This document shows, piece by piece, positions 29,081-38,219 of a DNA stretch of 64,000 nucleotides. Numbering within the stretch: position 1 is the stretch's first letter; the number at the start of each line of letters is the position of its first letter. The notes under the pieces are model-generated. The model ran no database searches, had not been told where the DNA came from, and saw nothing but the letters and a program-made list of their open reading frames with translations. The translations under genes were made by a program, and so were the position numbers. Source of the DNA: an uncultured Oscillospiraceae bacterium (GTDB taxonomy: Bacteria; Bacillota; Clostridia; Christensenellales; CAG-138); contig CAYUTA010000002.1 in assembly GCA_964447605.1 (NCBI GenBank), positions 15,146 through 79,145 on the forward strand. The letters run 5' to 3'.

Positions 29081-30211
29081 ATGAAAAAGTTGATTGCAGT
29101 CCTGATGATGCTCGTTATGGCCCTTGGCTTAATTGCCTGCAAGACCGAAGCCAGTCCCCAGGGCAATGCAGCAGGGCAGATTAGCGACGCAGTGGATTAC
29201 AGCAAGGTAAAGATTGGCGTCATCTCCAACACCACCGCTCAGGACGGCGGATGGGGCACTGCATTATATGATTCGCTTAAGAAAGCGCAGGAACAGACCG
29301 GTATGACAGATGAACAGATCATCTGGGTGGAGAGCATCTATGACGGTACGGCCGATGTGGACAATATGATCGATCAGATGGTCGGCGAAGGCTGCAATGT
29401 GATTATGGCGCATTCGGCCGGCTATGTCGATCAATTGAAGACGGCTGCCGAGAAGTATCCGGATGTCTATTTTTGTGGCTATGAGTGTCCGGTGGAAGGC
29501 CTGGACAACTATGCCATGTATTCCATCAGCGATCAGGCCGCATCCTTCCTATGCGGTTATATCGCAGCCCGTATGTCGGAAAGCGACGAGATCGGCTATA
29601 TCGGCAACATGCCTACCTCGGACCTGATCTGCTGTCTGGATGCGTTTGCAGTTGGCGCAAAGTACGCCAATGAAAACGCAAAGGTTAAGATCATCTGGAT
29701 CAACAGCTGGTATGACCCGGCTACTGAAAAGGAGGCCGCTAATTCCCTGCTAGAATCCGGACATAATGTGATCGGTTACATGGGCTCCACCGCCTCGGTG
29801 GCCCAGGCCTGCGGCGAGCATCAGGGCTTTACCACCGGTATGTACATCGACATGCACGATTATGCCCCGGGCGCGGTGCTGACCTCCCATATTTTCGACT
29901 GGACGCTCATGATCAAACAACTGTTTGATATGGTTGCGACCGACAGCTGGTCCGGCGCTCCTATAATTTACGGCTTTGAAGACGGTGCGGCCCGAATTGC
30001 CGACTTGAACACTGAAATCGTTCCGGAAGACATCGCAAAGGACTTTGAAGAGGTCAAAGGGAAGCTCATGAGCGGCGAATTGACGGTGTTCTCCGGCCCC
30101 CTGTACGACAACGAGGGAACTCTGATTGTCGAAGAGGGCAAGGAACTGAGCGGCAACGATCTCATTTACATCCATTTCCTGGCGGACAACGTCATTGGCG
30201 CAATTCCGTAA
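29081..30211 (+). CDS. BMP-family (basic membrane protein) substrate-binding lipoprotein
   Basis: Lipobox LIAC. Contains GVISNTTAQDGGWG and WINSWYDPA, which are typical of BMP/PnrA-like nucleoside binders. RBS AAGGAGAG. Confidence 0.88.
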   Translation: MKKLIAVLMMLVMALGLIACKTEASPQGNAAGQISDAVDYSKVKIGVISNTTAQDGGWGTALYDSLKKAQEQTGMTDEQIIWVESIYDGTADVDNMIDQMVGEGCNVIMAHSAGYVDQLKTAAEKYPDVYFCGYECPVEGLDNYAMYSISDQAASFLCGYIAARMSESDEIGYIGNMPTSDLICCLDAFAVGAKYANENAKVKIIWINSWYDPATEKEAANSLLESGHNVIGYMGSTASVAQACGEHQGFTTGMYIDMHDYAPGAVLTSHIFDWTLMIKQLFDMVATDSWSGAPIIYGFEDGAARIADLNTEIVPEDIAKDFEEVKGKLMSGELTVFSGPLYDNEGTLIVEEGKELSGNDLIYIHFLADNVIGAIP

Positions 30212-30489
30212 GCTTTGGGGAAAGCCATGTGCAAAGGCGCCGCCCGGACATGGATCACAGGATTCATGCAAGGGCGGCTTCTTTATGACAAGGGCTGTTG
30301 TATGGGCTTTCCATCCAAGCGGTAAGCGGACGAAGCGAGAACCCAAAACGGAGCATCCGGTTCTTCCCGCGTCGATCGAACCCGTGCGCGGCTTCACGGA
30401 GCAGCCTGCAAAACTGCGCATGCCCCAATGGATTTCGCCCATTGAGGCATGCATGATTGCGTCGCAAACTCTTTGTCTTACATTTTGCC

Positions 30490-30999
30490 TTACATCGCTT
30501 CGAACTCGCAGTTGACCTCCACGTTGCCGCCGTTTTCATCCACAAATGTTTTAACGATGCGGTATGTGCCGCGCGTCAGCGGTTCATAGTGGTTGGCAAA
30601 ATCAAACGTCTGCTCCTGTGTTTCGCCTGCGGCAATGACCAGCAGCGCCAGCGAGACGGCCTCGTTGGTCAGCGGTACAACTTCCCAGGAACCATCGTCA
30701 TTTTTGCGCTCAAGCTTTTGCACATAGTCATACGAGTAGGTTTTGTCCGAGCCGTTGATGATGATCAGCTGGACGGCCTCCGTCTCGGTCGTGACGGTCT
30801 TTTGCTTGATATAGAGCTCAATTTTGCTGTCTACGGGCACAGCCGCGTCTTCTGCCGCATCCCCCGGCAAACCCGCGGGCGTGCTCGTGGCCTCGGCCGG
30901 CTCCGCCGTAGCGGCGGGCTGCTTGGCGGGCGCTGTGCAGCCGAACAGAACGCCGGCAAGCATCATCAAGGACATCGTCAAAATCACTATTTTTTTCAT
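30490..30999 (-). CDS. Hypothetical lipoprotein
   Basis: MKKIVILTMSLMMLAGVLFGC lipobox. ATG 30999 follows RBS AAGGAGAG. The mature part appears beta-rich and matches no family I recognise. Confidence 0.6.
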   Translation of the reverse strand: MKKIVILTMSLMMLAGVLFGCTAPAKQPAATAEPAEATSTPAGLPGDAAEDAAVPVDSKIELYIKQKTVTTETEAVQLIIINGSDKTYSYDYVQKLERKNDDGSWEVVPLTNEAVSLALLVIAAGETQEQTFDFANHYEPLTRGTYRIVKTFVDENGGNVEVNCEFEAM

Positions 31000-31084
31000 T
31001 GGTCTCTCTCCTTTTCGGTTTTCGTATGTTACACTTGGTATACCCCAAAAGGGTTGCAAAATATTAATAAATATATTTTTTGGA

Positions 31085-31669
31085 TTATCCCGCATTTCCA
31101 TTCGCCGGGAAGCCCCTTCTCAGTTTTTCATTCAGTTTGCCGTAGATATGCGCCTGAAACCAGGGCTCCGTGGAAACAGCCACCGCCTCGTCAAGCGAAA
31201 ACCACTTGACCCCGCTGTTCTCCTGCTCGCACACGGTCAGGGCCTCCGCCTCGTCGGCCTCCAGCAGATACGTTACATTCAGATGCAGGTGTGAGGAAAC
31301 GTACCGCCCGCGTTTGATATGTCCGTCCACGGTTAAAATTTCCAGAGAAAAAATGTCCTCCGCCACAGGATGCACATACGTGATCCCGCTCTCCTCGCGT
31401 ACCTCGCGCAGCGCCACCCCGAGCAGATCCTGCTCGCCATCTGCGTGTCCGCCCATCCATGACCACGATTGATAGATGTTGTGGTATACCATCAGCGCCT
31501 TTGTGCGGTCGGCGTTGACCACCCACGCGGACGCGGTCATGTGCGCGGTCGAATTTTCTCTTGCAAACCATTCCTGCCCGCCGGTCAGCAGCCCCAGCAA
31601 CACCGCTTTGTCGGCGCTCTCCTGTTCGTTAAACGGCGGGTATGCCGCAATCTGTTCCAAAATACTCAT
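31085..31669 (-). CDS. NUDIX hydrolase
   Basis: Nudix box GGHADGEQDLLGVALREVREESGI. RBS GGGAGGGTG lies before ATG 31669. Confidence 0.85.
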   Translation of the reverse strand: MSILEQIAAYPPFNEQESADKAVLLGLLTGGQEWFARENSTAHMTASAWVVNADRTKALMVYHNIYQSWSWMGGHADGEQDLLGVALREVREESGITYVHPVAEDIFSLEILTVDGHIKRGRYVSSHLHLNVTYLLEADEAEALTVCEQENSGVKWFSLDEAVAVSTEPWFQAHIYGKLNEKLRRGFPANGNAG

Positions 31670-32363
31670 GTTCTCACCCTCCCGCCCGCAAATTCAATCG
31701 CTCCGGCTGCGAGCACGGCCGTCGGGTCAATAAACGGCGCGTCGAACGCCTATCGCTCAAACGCGATAGGCAGTTCCGTGCAGCCAAGCACAAAGCTTTG
31801 CGCGCCGCATCCGCGCATATCGTTTAATATGGCCTGTATCTCATTTTTATCCGTTTGTTTTTTACCGGCTTTGATATCGTCGTAAATCATGGACATGATC
31901 GTGCGCTGCTCCGCTTTGTCCGGCTTAATGCACGCAATGCCGCATTCGGCAAGCAGCCGCTCATAGATGCCCGTTGCAATGGTTCCGTCGGTGGCAAGCA
32001 GGCCTATGCCGCTCAACCCGCAGCGCAAGATCCGCTCCGCAGTCAGCCGCAGCATATGCAGCACGGGCAGCGGCGAACGGCCGGTCAGTTCGTCATAATA
32101 ATAGTGCGCCGTATTGCAGGGCATAACCAGAAAATCCGCCCCCGCCCGCGCCAGCGTGCGCGCGCTTTTGACCAGTTCCGGCATGGGTGAAGCGCCTCCC
32201 CGTAGTATCGCCTCCGTGCGATCCGGGATGGCGGTGTTGTTATCGATGAGAATATGCAGATGCTCACGGTCGCTTTTCGCGTCGGTCAGCAACACAATTT
32301 TTTGAACAGGTCCGCCGTTGCCAGGGGGCCCATGCCGCCGATCACGCCAATGGTCCTTTTCAT
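31666..32363 (-). pseudogene. Aspartate/glutamate racemase-family gene carrying a frameshift and an in-frame stop
   Basis: MKRTIGVIGGMGPLATADLFKK stops at 32286. The family sequence continues in another frame (IVLLTDAKSDREHLHILIDNN...PCNTAHYYY...LGCTELPIAF). The frame junction is a T6 run at 32298-32303. An in-frame TAG at 31750-31752 is followed by 28 more family-like codons (FDAPFIDPTAVLAAGAIEF). Confidence 0.8.
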
Positions 32364-33790
32364 TGAGGCGCCTCGATGCAGGCAGGTTCTGACGACAGGC
32401 AAACGGCATATCCGGCAAGGATAAAGAACCAGACGCTTGCAAATACAAGCTGGGGATAGACCAGCAAAAAGGTTTCCATACAGGCGTTGATCAGAATCGC
32501 CGCCAAAGGGATGGGCAGATAGCCGGCACGGAGCGGTGCGGTCGCGCCAAGGTGCGCCGTAGGCCCGTCCGTCCCTGCGGATGCGGGGACTTCTCCGGCA
32601 AAGTACAGCCGCACGCTGCGCACGCACAACAGCGCGAGAAACACAAGAAACAGCAGCAAGCAAAGCACGCCGCCGCTGACCAGCATCTGCATAAACGAAT
32701 TATGCAGTTCCTGCGCATAGATGGGCGTATAGGAAGACACCACCGCGCCGACCCGAACCGGCGACGTTCCGATTGCAAACAGGCGCGGCGTATCGCGCAT
32801 GGCCTGCAGCGCGCCGTTCCAAAGCGTGGTTCTTCCGGTGAACATACCAAAGTCCTCCAGAATGTTGCGCCCGGCGGCCGTTACAGCCGCATCGGAAAGC
32901 GCGTTTACGGGCGAAACAGACAGCAGCAAGCCGCAGACGGCCGCGTTGAGCAGATATGCCGCCGCAAGCGCGCCGCAGGCCGCCGCAAGCGCGGCAAACC
33001 AGCGCAACGGCGCTTTCCTGTGCGCAAACCGCAGGAAGACAAAGCGGAACGCGAAAAGCGCCAGGCCGACGGCCATCGCGATGGTTGCCGTACGCGACGC
33101 GGCAAGCGCAATGGCAAGATAGCAAACCAGCGCGCACGCGCCGTGCAGCCACCTGACGGTTGGACGCCAGTCCGTCAGAATCCGGTACAGGTTCAAAAGC
33201 AGCACAACCTCGCAGATCATGCCGGCCGAATTTGGATGCGTAAACAGCACGAGCCGCCCGTCCGCGCCCATCGCCACGTTTGCGGGGCTGATGCCGACGC
33301 CATATTCCGGCATAAACGCAGGCAGCACATACATGCCGCACGCGGCAAGAACCACGCCAACCAGCGCGACAGCGCCGACCACGGCGGAGGAACCGTCAAT
33401 CAGCCAATCGAGCACGCGCGTGCGCTTTTCCTTCGGCAGCGCAGCGCAGAGCGCATAGCAGACAAAAATCAGCGCAATCAGTGTAAACAGGTCGTTTTGG
33501 TTTTCCACAAACGCACCGTAGAACCTTTCATTCAGCGCCGAGGAAACAAACAGCACGGCGAGCAGCCCGAGCAGCAGCCTGAATTCCGGATGCCGGGGCA
33601 GCGCGGTATGAAACAGAATCAGGCCGGCGGCCGCGCAAGCCAGCGGACCGACAGCCATTGTAAACAGCAGTGTTCCAAAGTTGTTGGCATATAATCGAAA
33701 CAGCGAAAGCGCCAGACAGCCGCTCGCCAGCAACGCCAACAGCATGGGCCATGAAATACGCCGTGCCGCGCATTGCAGCCTTTGCTTCAT
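32360..33790 (-). CDS. O-antigen ligase/polymerase-like (Wzy_C-type) polytopic membrane protein
   Basis: About 10 or more hydrophobic segments. The ELHNSFMQMLVSGG block is typical of O-antigen-ligase-family loops. I chose ATG 33790, which follows RBS AGGAGG. Confidence 0.7.
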   Translation of the reverse strand: MKQRLQCAARRISWPMLLALLASGCLALSLFRLYANNFGTLLFTMAVGPLACAAAGLILFHTALPRHPEFRLLLGLLAVLFVSSALNERFYGAFVENQNDLFTLIALIFVCYALCAALPKEKRTRVLDWLIDGSSAVVGAVALVGVVLAACGMYVLPAFMPEYGVGISPANVAMGADGRLVLFTHPNSAGMICEVVLLLNLYRILTDWRPTVRWLHGACALVCYLAIALAASRTATIAMAVGLALFAFRFVFLRFAHRKAPLRWFAALAAACGALAAAYLLNAAVCGLLLSVSPVNALSDAAVTAAGRNILEDFGMFTGRTTLWNGALQAMRDTPRLFAIGTSPVRVGAVVSSYTPIYAQELHNSFMQMLVSGGVLCLLLFLVFLALLCVRSVRLYFAGEVPASAGTDGPTAHLGATAPLRAGYLPIPLAAILINACMETFLLVYPQLVFASVWFFILAGYAVCLSSEPACIEAPQ

Positions 33791-33827
33791 CCCCCATCCT
33801 CCTTCTTCCGTCGTCAATCGTACGCGC

Positions 33828-34163
33828 TCAGCCAATCAGGACAGGCGACACGGTCGGCGTCGGCGTAAGATAGCCCTCCGGCAGGGCGTTGCCGCCGGGC
33901 TTGTCCGTTACGTGCGGCGTCACGCCCTCTCTGAAATATTCCGCGCCCTGTTCCAGCAGGCTCGCCGCGTCACCGGCAATGCCGCTGTCGCTCAAAAACA
34001 GCATGATCTCGTCCCAGGCCTCCTTGCCCAAGCGGCGCAAAACGCTGATAAGCCGCTCCAGCTTCCCGCTGAGCAGCCCTTTGGTGTCCAGATAGCAGAG
34101 CACAGCCATAACCAGTATGATGATGACAACCACAATCCCGATCAATCGAAAAATCAATTTCAA
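33828..34163 (-). CDS. Small single-pass membrane protein, hypothetical
   Basis: TTG 34163 lies 6 nt after RBS GGAGGGAG. TM segment LIGIVVVIIILVMAVLCYL. First gene of the ligase-like operon. Confidence 0.45.
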   Translation of the reverse strand: MKLIFRLIGIVVVIIILVMAVLCYLDTKGLLSGKLERLISVLRRLGKEAWDEIMLFLSDSGIAGDAASLLEQGAEYFREGVTPHVTDKPGGNALPEGYLTPTPTVSPVLIG

Positions 34164-34639
34164 CTTCGCTCCCTCCAATTCACGCGACAACACGCGCCGC
34201 AAAATGGGGCGCAGTCGCCGTCAAAAACACCGTTTTCAACGGGAAGTGCCGCGTTTTTCCAGTTCCGATTCCCGACACGGACGGCAAAACGCACAAGGAA
34301 CCGCCCGCAAGGGACAAAAAGCGGGCGGTTAAAATGCCGCCGGAGGCATATCATGGCCGCCATGCGAACATGATACCATATCCCGTTATGGGGGATGGTA
34401 TCGTGCGTCATCGTTTTCGGTTGCCGCGGACACGGCGGGAAAACGGGCGGCTTGCAATCCGCCGGACGCGTATAATAGCCATATTACGGATATTATACCA
34501 TGCAGATGATTTATACGCTGTTAATTATGTGTGAATTTGGCATTTTCAATCGATATCCGCAGACCTTCGCCCGCGGGTCGCGCGCCGCGGAGGCTCCCCG
34601 GAACCGGACACGTCCTTTTCCGGCGCTATATCATCGCCC

Positions 34640-35653
34640 CTACAGCAGTGTCTGCTGTTCGGAAAAGCTCATATCAAGCAGGCGCTTATTCACCCGCTGC
34701 TCAAACATCGTGCTCATGGGCGCGCGGTCGTGGATGATCTTGACGGCCTGCGCAAACATCGGCGCGGCGGAAATGATGCGCAGCTTGGACGAAAGGTGCG
34801 CGTCCGGACATTCGAGCGTATCCGTGCAGACGAGAAACTCAATAGGGCTCTCTTCGATTTTCAGCAGCCCCTTGGCAGCCAGCACGTTGTGCGACAGCGC
34901 GGCGTAGATATTTTTTGCGCCCTTGTCCTTCAGCCCATAGCTCACGTCCACCAGCGTGCCGCCCGAGATGGAAAAGTCGTCGATAACCAGGCAGTTTTTG
35001 CCCTTGACCTCGCCGATGATTTCAAGCACCTTTGCGTTCTCATCATGCCCGTAACGCATCTTGTCGCCGATGGCGACCGGGCACCCCAGCTCGGTGGCGT
35101 ATTCGCGCGCGCGCTTGGCGCTTCCCGCGTCCGGCGAAACGACCACCAGCTCCTCGTTTACAATCCCCTGCCGCCGCACATATTCGCACAGCAGGGATTT
35201 TGCATACAGGTGATCCACGGGTTTTTTAAAAAAGCCCTGAACCTGCGGCGCGTGCAGGTCCATTGTAATGATGCGGTCCACACCCGCGGCCTCGATACAG
35301 TCGGCGCAGACCCGAGCGCGGATGGAAACGCGCGGCTCGTCCTTTTTGTCGCCCTTGGCATAGGAAAAATACGGGATAATTGCCGTGACGGAGTTGGCGC
35401 TGGCGCGGCGGAACGCGTCGATCCAGAACAGCAACTCGACAAACTCGTCGTTTGGCGCCCGACCGATGGGCTGAACCAGATATACATCCTTGTCCCGGAT
35501 GGATTCATTAATGCGCACGAAGATATTGCCTTCGGAAAACCTGACTGTCTCGGCGTCGCCAAGCTGCGTTCCAAGATACGCGCACATTTTTTTTGCAAAC
35601 GGTTTGCCGGTGCTGCCGGCAAATATCTTGACAATTCCCGCCCCGGTATACAT
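34640..35653 (-). CDS. prs: Ribose-phosphate pyrophosphokinase
   Basis: KIFAGSTGKPFAKKM, the RFSEGNIFVRINESIR region, and the PRPP-binding loop LVIDDFSISGGTL. Confidence 0.93.
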   Translation of the reverse strand: MYTGAGIVKIFAGSTGKPFAKKMCAYLGTQLGDAETVRFSEGNIFVRINESIRDKDVYLVQPIGRAPNDEFVELLFWIDAFRRASANSVTAIIPYFSYAKGDKKDEPRVSIRARVCADCIEAAGVDRIITMDLHAPQVQGFFKKPVDHLYAKSLLCEYVRRQGIVNEELVVVSPDAGSAKRAREYATELGCPVAIGDKMRYGHDENAKVLEIIGEVKGKNCLVIDDFSISGGTLVDVSYGLKDKGAKNIYAALSHNVLAAKGLLKIEESPIEFLVCTDTLECPDAHLSSKLRIISAAPMFAQAVKIIHDRAPMSTMFEQRVNKRLLDMSFSEQQTLL

Positions 35654-35703
35654 AACATCCCTCTTTTTTCCAGTATTTTGTGTGCAAATGACGATGCGTA
35701 TAC

Positions 35704-35732
35704 ATTATAACAGAACGCGCAGGTACAGGCAA
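35704..35732 (-). promoter_or_regulatory. Sigma-A promoter of prs
   Basis: Minus strand reads TTGCCT, a 17-nt spacer, TATAAT, about 50 nt upstream of ATG 35653. Confidence 0.7.
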
Positions 35733-36205
35733 CCATCGAATGGCGAAAATGGTGCGCGTTTCCTTGCGTGCCGGGCCAGTCCGGCGGGCGCGTCGCGGAG
35801 TGGCCAGCCGCCCCGTACAAGCGTCCTATGATCGAATTTGTACCCAAAAACGGCACGCAGGTACGAATCTGCCTCAGCCTGTCAAAAGCCAAGGCAGGGT
35901 TCGGAGGGCCGCCTTCCGGAGGTTCGTTCCGGCGGAACGGATCGCCTGGTTTGGGCGGGTTCCCTGTGCTTCCTGCCGAACGGACAGGTCAATTGCATAT
36001 TATTAATCGATACCGGTGGACCTGCGTCTGCCGGCATTGTTTCATCCATCATGTATGGATTCGGCAGCAACCGGAGACCTGTCTCCACCCGATACAGGCC
36101 TCTTTTTTCGATCGGCAAAAATCATACGCCTATAATCGAAAACGTGCCGGGCGCCGCATAAAGGCCGGTATTCTTCAAACCTGCTCCGCTATTTCGGCGT
36201 CCCGC

Positions 36206-36856
36206 TCAATCATCCCCCGGCACCAGATTGAGCAGATCCTCTTCGTTGGCCACGTTGGTGTATGCGCCCGGCACGTCTCCGACAATGATGCTTTCCGCCA
36301 CCGGGGCCTCTGCGTCCACGCTGAGCGTATGCGATTCGCCGGGCAGAATTACGCGCACCGTGGCGGTAAGCTTGAGGTTGATGCGATGCAGCGTCTGGTT
36401 GATGCCCGCGCTGCGGAATTCGCTGTCGAAGGAGGATTTCACCGCTCCCGCCGGCGTAAAGCGCATGGTCACTTTCGGCCCCTTGCCCGCAAGCAGCGGA
36501 ATGCCGGAAATCGTGCCGAGCGGGATGGAAAGCCCCTGTTCCCCCAGTTCCGCGATGCGCTCCTGCGCGGCGTTTGCGCAGTCGGCGGCCAGCAGGTTCA
36601 GCCGCGCGCTGTTGGCCTGCAAAAGATATACCTTGCTTTCGGTGGCGCGAATGGTAATCAATGAATCATAGCCATATCCGCCCGCGACCACATCGAGTAT
36701 GGCGTCGTTCATCGCCTTTGCCGCCACGGACTGCACGCGTGCGCTCGCCAACCCCACGAGCACCGGCCGCAGATTGACGTTGATAAAGATAAAGCCGCCG
36801 ATAAGCAGCGTCAATATCGCCAGAACGGCTATCCATAGCCTGGCGCGGCGCAACAT
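36206..36856 (-). CDS. yunB: Sporulation protein YunB
   Basis: N-terminal TM segment followed by NLRPVLVGLASARVQSVAAKAMNDAI...INQTLHRINLKLTATVRVILP, which is YunB-family-like. ATG 36856 follows RBS GAGGTG. Confidence 0.8.
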   Translation of the reverse strand: MLRRARLWIAVLAILTLLIGGFIFINVNLRPVLVGLASARVQSVAAKAMNDAILDVVAGGYGYDSLITIRATESKVYLLQANSARLNLLAADCANAAQERIAELGEQGLSIPLGTISGIPLLAGKGPKVTMRFTPAGAVKSSFDSEFRSAGINQTLHRINLKLTATVRVILPGESHTLSVDAEAPVAESIIVGDVPGAYTNVANEEDLLNLVPGDD

Positions 36857-36899
36857 GCATACCACCTCAAGCTATAGTATGCGGTTTTTTGCAATTTGG

Positions 36900-37730
36900 T
36901 TACCTCCCCCGGCGGTCCATAAAAAAATCATACGTTGCGGTAAGCTCCGGCGTATCGCGCCAGGTGCAGCCAAGCGTCACGCCGGGGCGGTTTAAGCCAT
37001 GGCTGTCGCTGCCGCAGGTGACGAGCAGCCCGTTTTGTCCCGCCAGGCTGAGCAGCGTTTCCGCCTCGCCCTCCGTGGCCGAAGGATGGTATGCCTCCAA
37101 ACCAACAATCCCGGCGGATTTGAGCATATCGAGCATTTTGTGCACATTCTGCCCGCCGTGGAACGGATGCGCCCAAACCGGCACGCCGCCCGCGCCAAGG
37201 ATTGCGGAGACGACCTCCTCGGGGGTGAATCGCGGCACGGCGCAGTAACCCACGCGCCCGCGGCGAAGATATTGGTCGAATGCATCGCGCAGGTCTTTGG
37301 CATATCCGGCGTCAACGAGCGCAAGTGCGATGTGCAGCCGCGTCGTGCTGCCAATCGAACGCGTTAAGCAGGCGGTCGGGTCATATCCGGCCTTTCTGAG
37401 CCGTTCAAGAATGCTCTCGTTGCGCGCAATGCGCCGTTGCCGCGCCTTTTTCAGGAGTTCCACAAAGCGCGGGTTGGAGATATCGATATCCAAGCCGAGG
37501 ATGTGGAGCTCGCCGGGCCATTCGGTATCCATCTCGACCGCGGGCAACACCGGGATGTTCTGTTTGATCCCCTCGGCAACGGCCTCCTCCACACCCATCG
37601 TGCAGTCATGATCCGTCAGCGCCATCAGGCGAAGCCCCGCCTCCGCCGCCTTTTGCACAACCGCGCATGGACGGTCGGTGCCGTCCGAGCAGCGGGAGTG
37701 CATATGCAAATCCATCTTCTTTTCGTTCAT
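36900..37730 (-). CDS. PHP-domain metal-dependent phosphoesterase (TrpH/YciV-like)
   Basis: MDLHMHSRCSDGT, LALTDHD, WAHP, GSDSHG. The start is ambiguous (37730 or 37715). Confidence 0.8.
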   Translation of the reverse strand: MNEKKMDLHMHSRCSDGTDRPCAVVQKAAEAGLRLMALTDHDCTMGVEEAVAEGIKQNIPVLPAVEMDTEWPGELHILGLDIDISNPRFVELLKKARQRRIARNESILERLRKAGYDPTACLTRSIGSTTRLHIALALVDAGYAKDLRDAFDQYLRRGRVGYCAVPRFTPEEVVSAILGAGGVPVWAHPFHGGQNVHKMLDMLKSAGIVGLEAYHPSATEGEAETLLSLAGQNGLLVTCGSDSHGLNRPGVTLGCTWRDTPELTATYDFFMDRRGR

Positions 37731-37920
37731 TCTTCGCTGTATTTCATCCTTCAATACCACTCAGGCGGAAGCGCGGCGTAATCCGGCACGCCCCCGCGCA
37801 GCCCGCCGAAAAAGCGTTGCGGCGTGTTGTCGTGTCAACCGCGCACGAAAGCCAAGCGGGGAAGCACCATAGAATCCGCCAAACGGCGGCCGCGTTTGTC
37901 TGTGCGTCGCGCGATGCGCG

Positions 37921-37954
37921 CCCCCTGTAATCCGCGGCGCAGACATACAGGGGG
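37921..37954. other. Perfect 9-bp inverted repeat (CCCCCTGTA, 16 nt, TACAGGGGG) in a GC-rich gap
   Basis: Read directly from the sequence. No T-run follows on either strand, so it is not a canonical terminator. Confidence 0.6.
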
Positions 37955-38082
37955 CAGCTGATAAACGGCCTCCCGAACCTGTCGGCAAAAGGCCCGGGAG
38001 GAAAAGCCGCAATCATGGGCATGGGCGACGGGCGCGGCGGCTTACCCACGCCTTTGCAGGGGCAGTCTGACCGTCCGCAGGC

Positions 38083-38115
38083 AAAAAACACGGTTTCTTG
38101 ATACGCGAAACGGTG
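38083..38115 (-). terminator. Probable ftsH terminator
   Basis: Minus strand reads CACCGTTTC, a 9-nt loop, GAAACCGTG (one mismatch), followed by TTTTTT. Confidence 0.5.
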
Positions 38116-38219
38116 CGGCGCCTGCAAGATCCGCGTTACGGTACGCCTAAGTTAAAGGCATCGCTTGTTTACGATCCGCAGGGGCATGGCCCAATCCGCC
38201 ACACCCCCGCCGTTGCTTT

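Noticed and set aside
31750-31752. Considered TAG read-through (pyrrolysine-type recoding) for the in-frame stop in the racemase gene
   Set aside because: There is no pyl gene context in the window. The same gene also carries an independent frameshift, so decay is the simpler explanation.
35870-35960. SRP (4.5S) RNA-like strings: CCGGAAGG on the minus strand and AGCCAAGGCAG on the plus strand
   Set aside because: In genuine SRP RNA both elements are on the same strand in the order CCGGAAGG…AGCCAAGGCAG. Here they lie on opposite strands, and the surrounding helix-8 context is missing. I judge it a coincidental match in GC-rich sequence.
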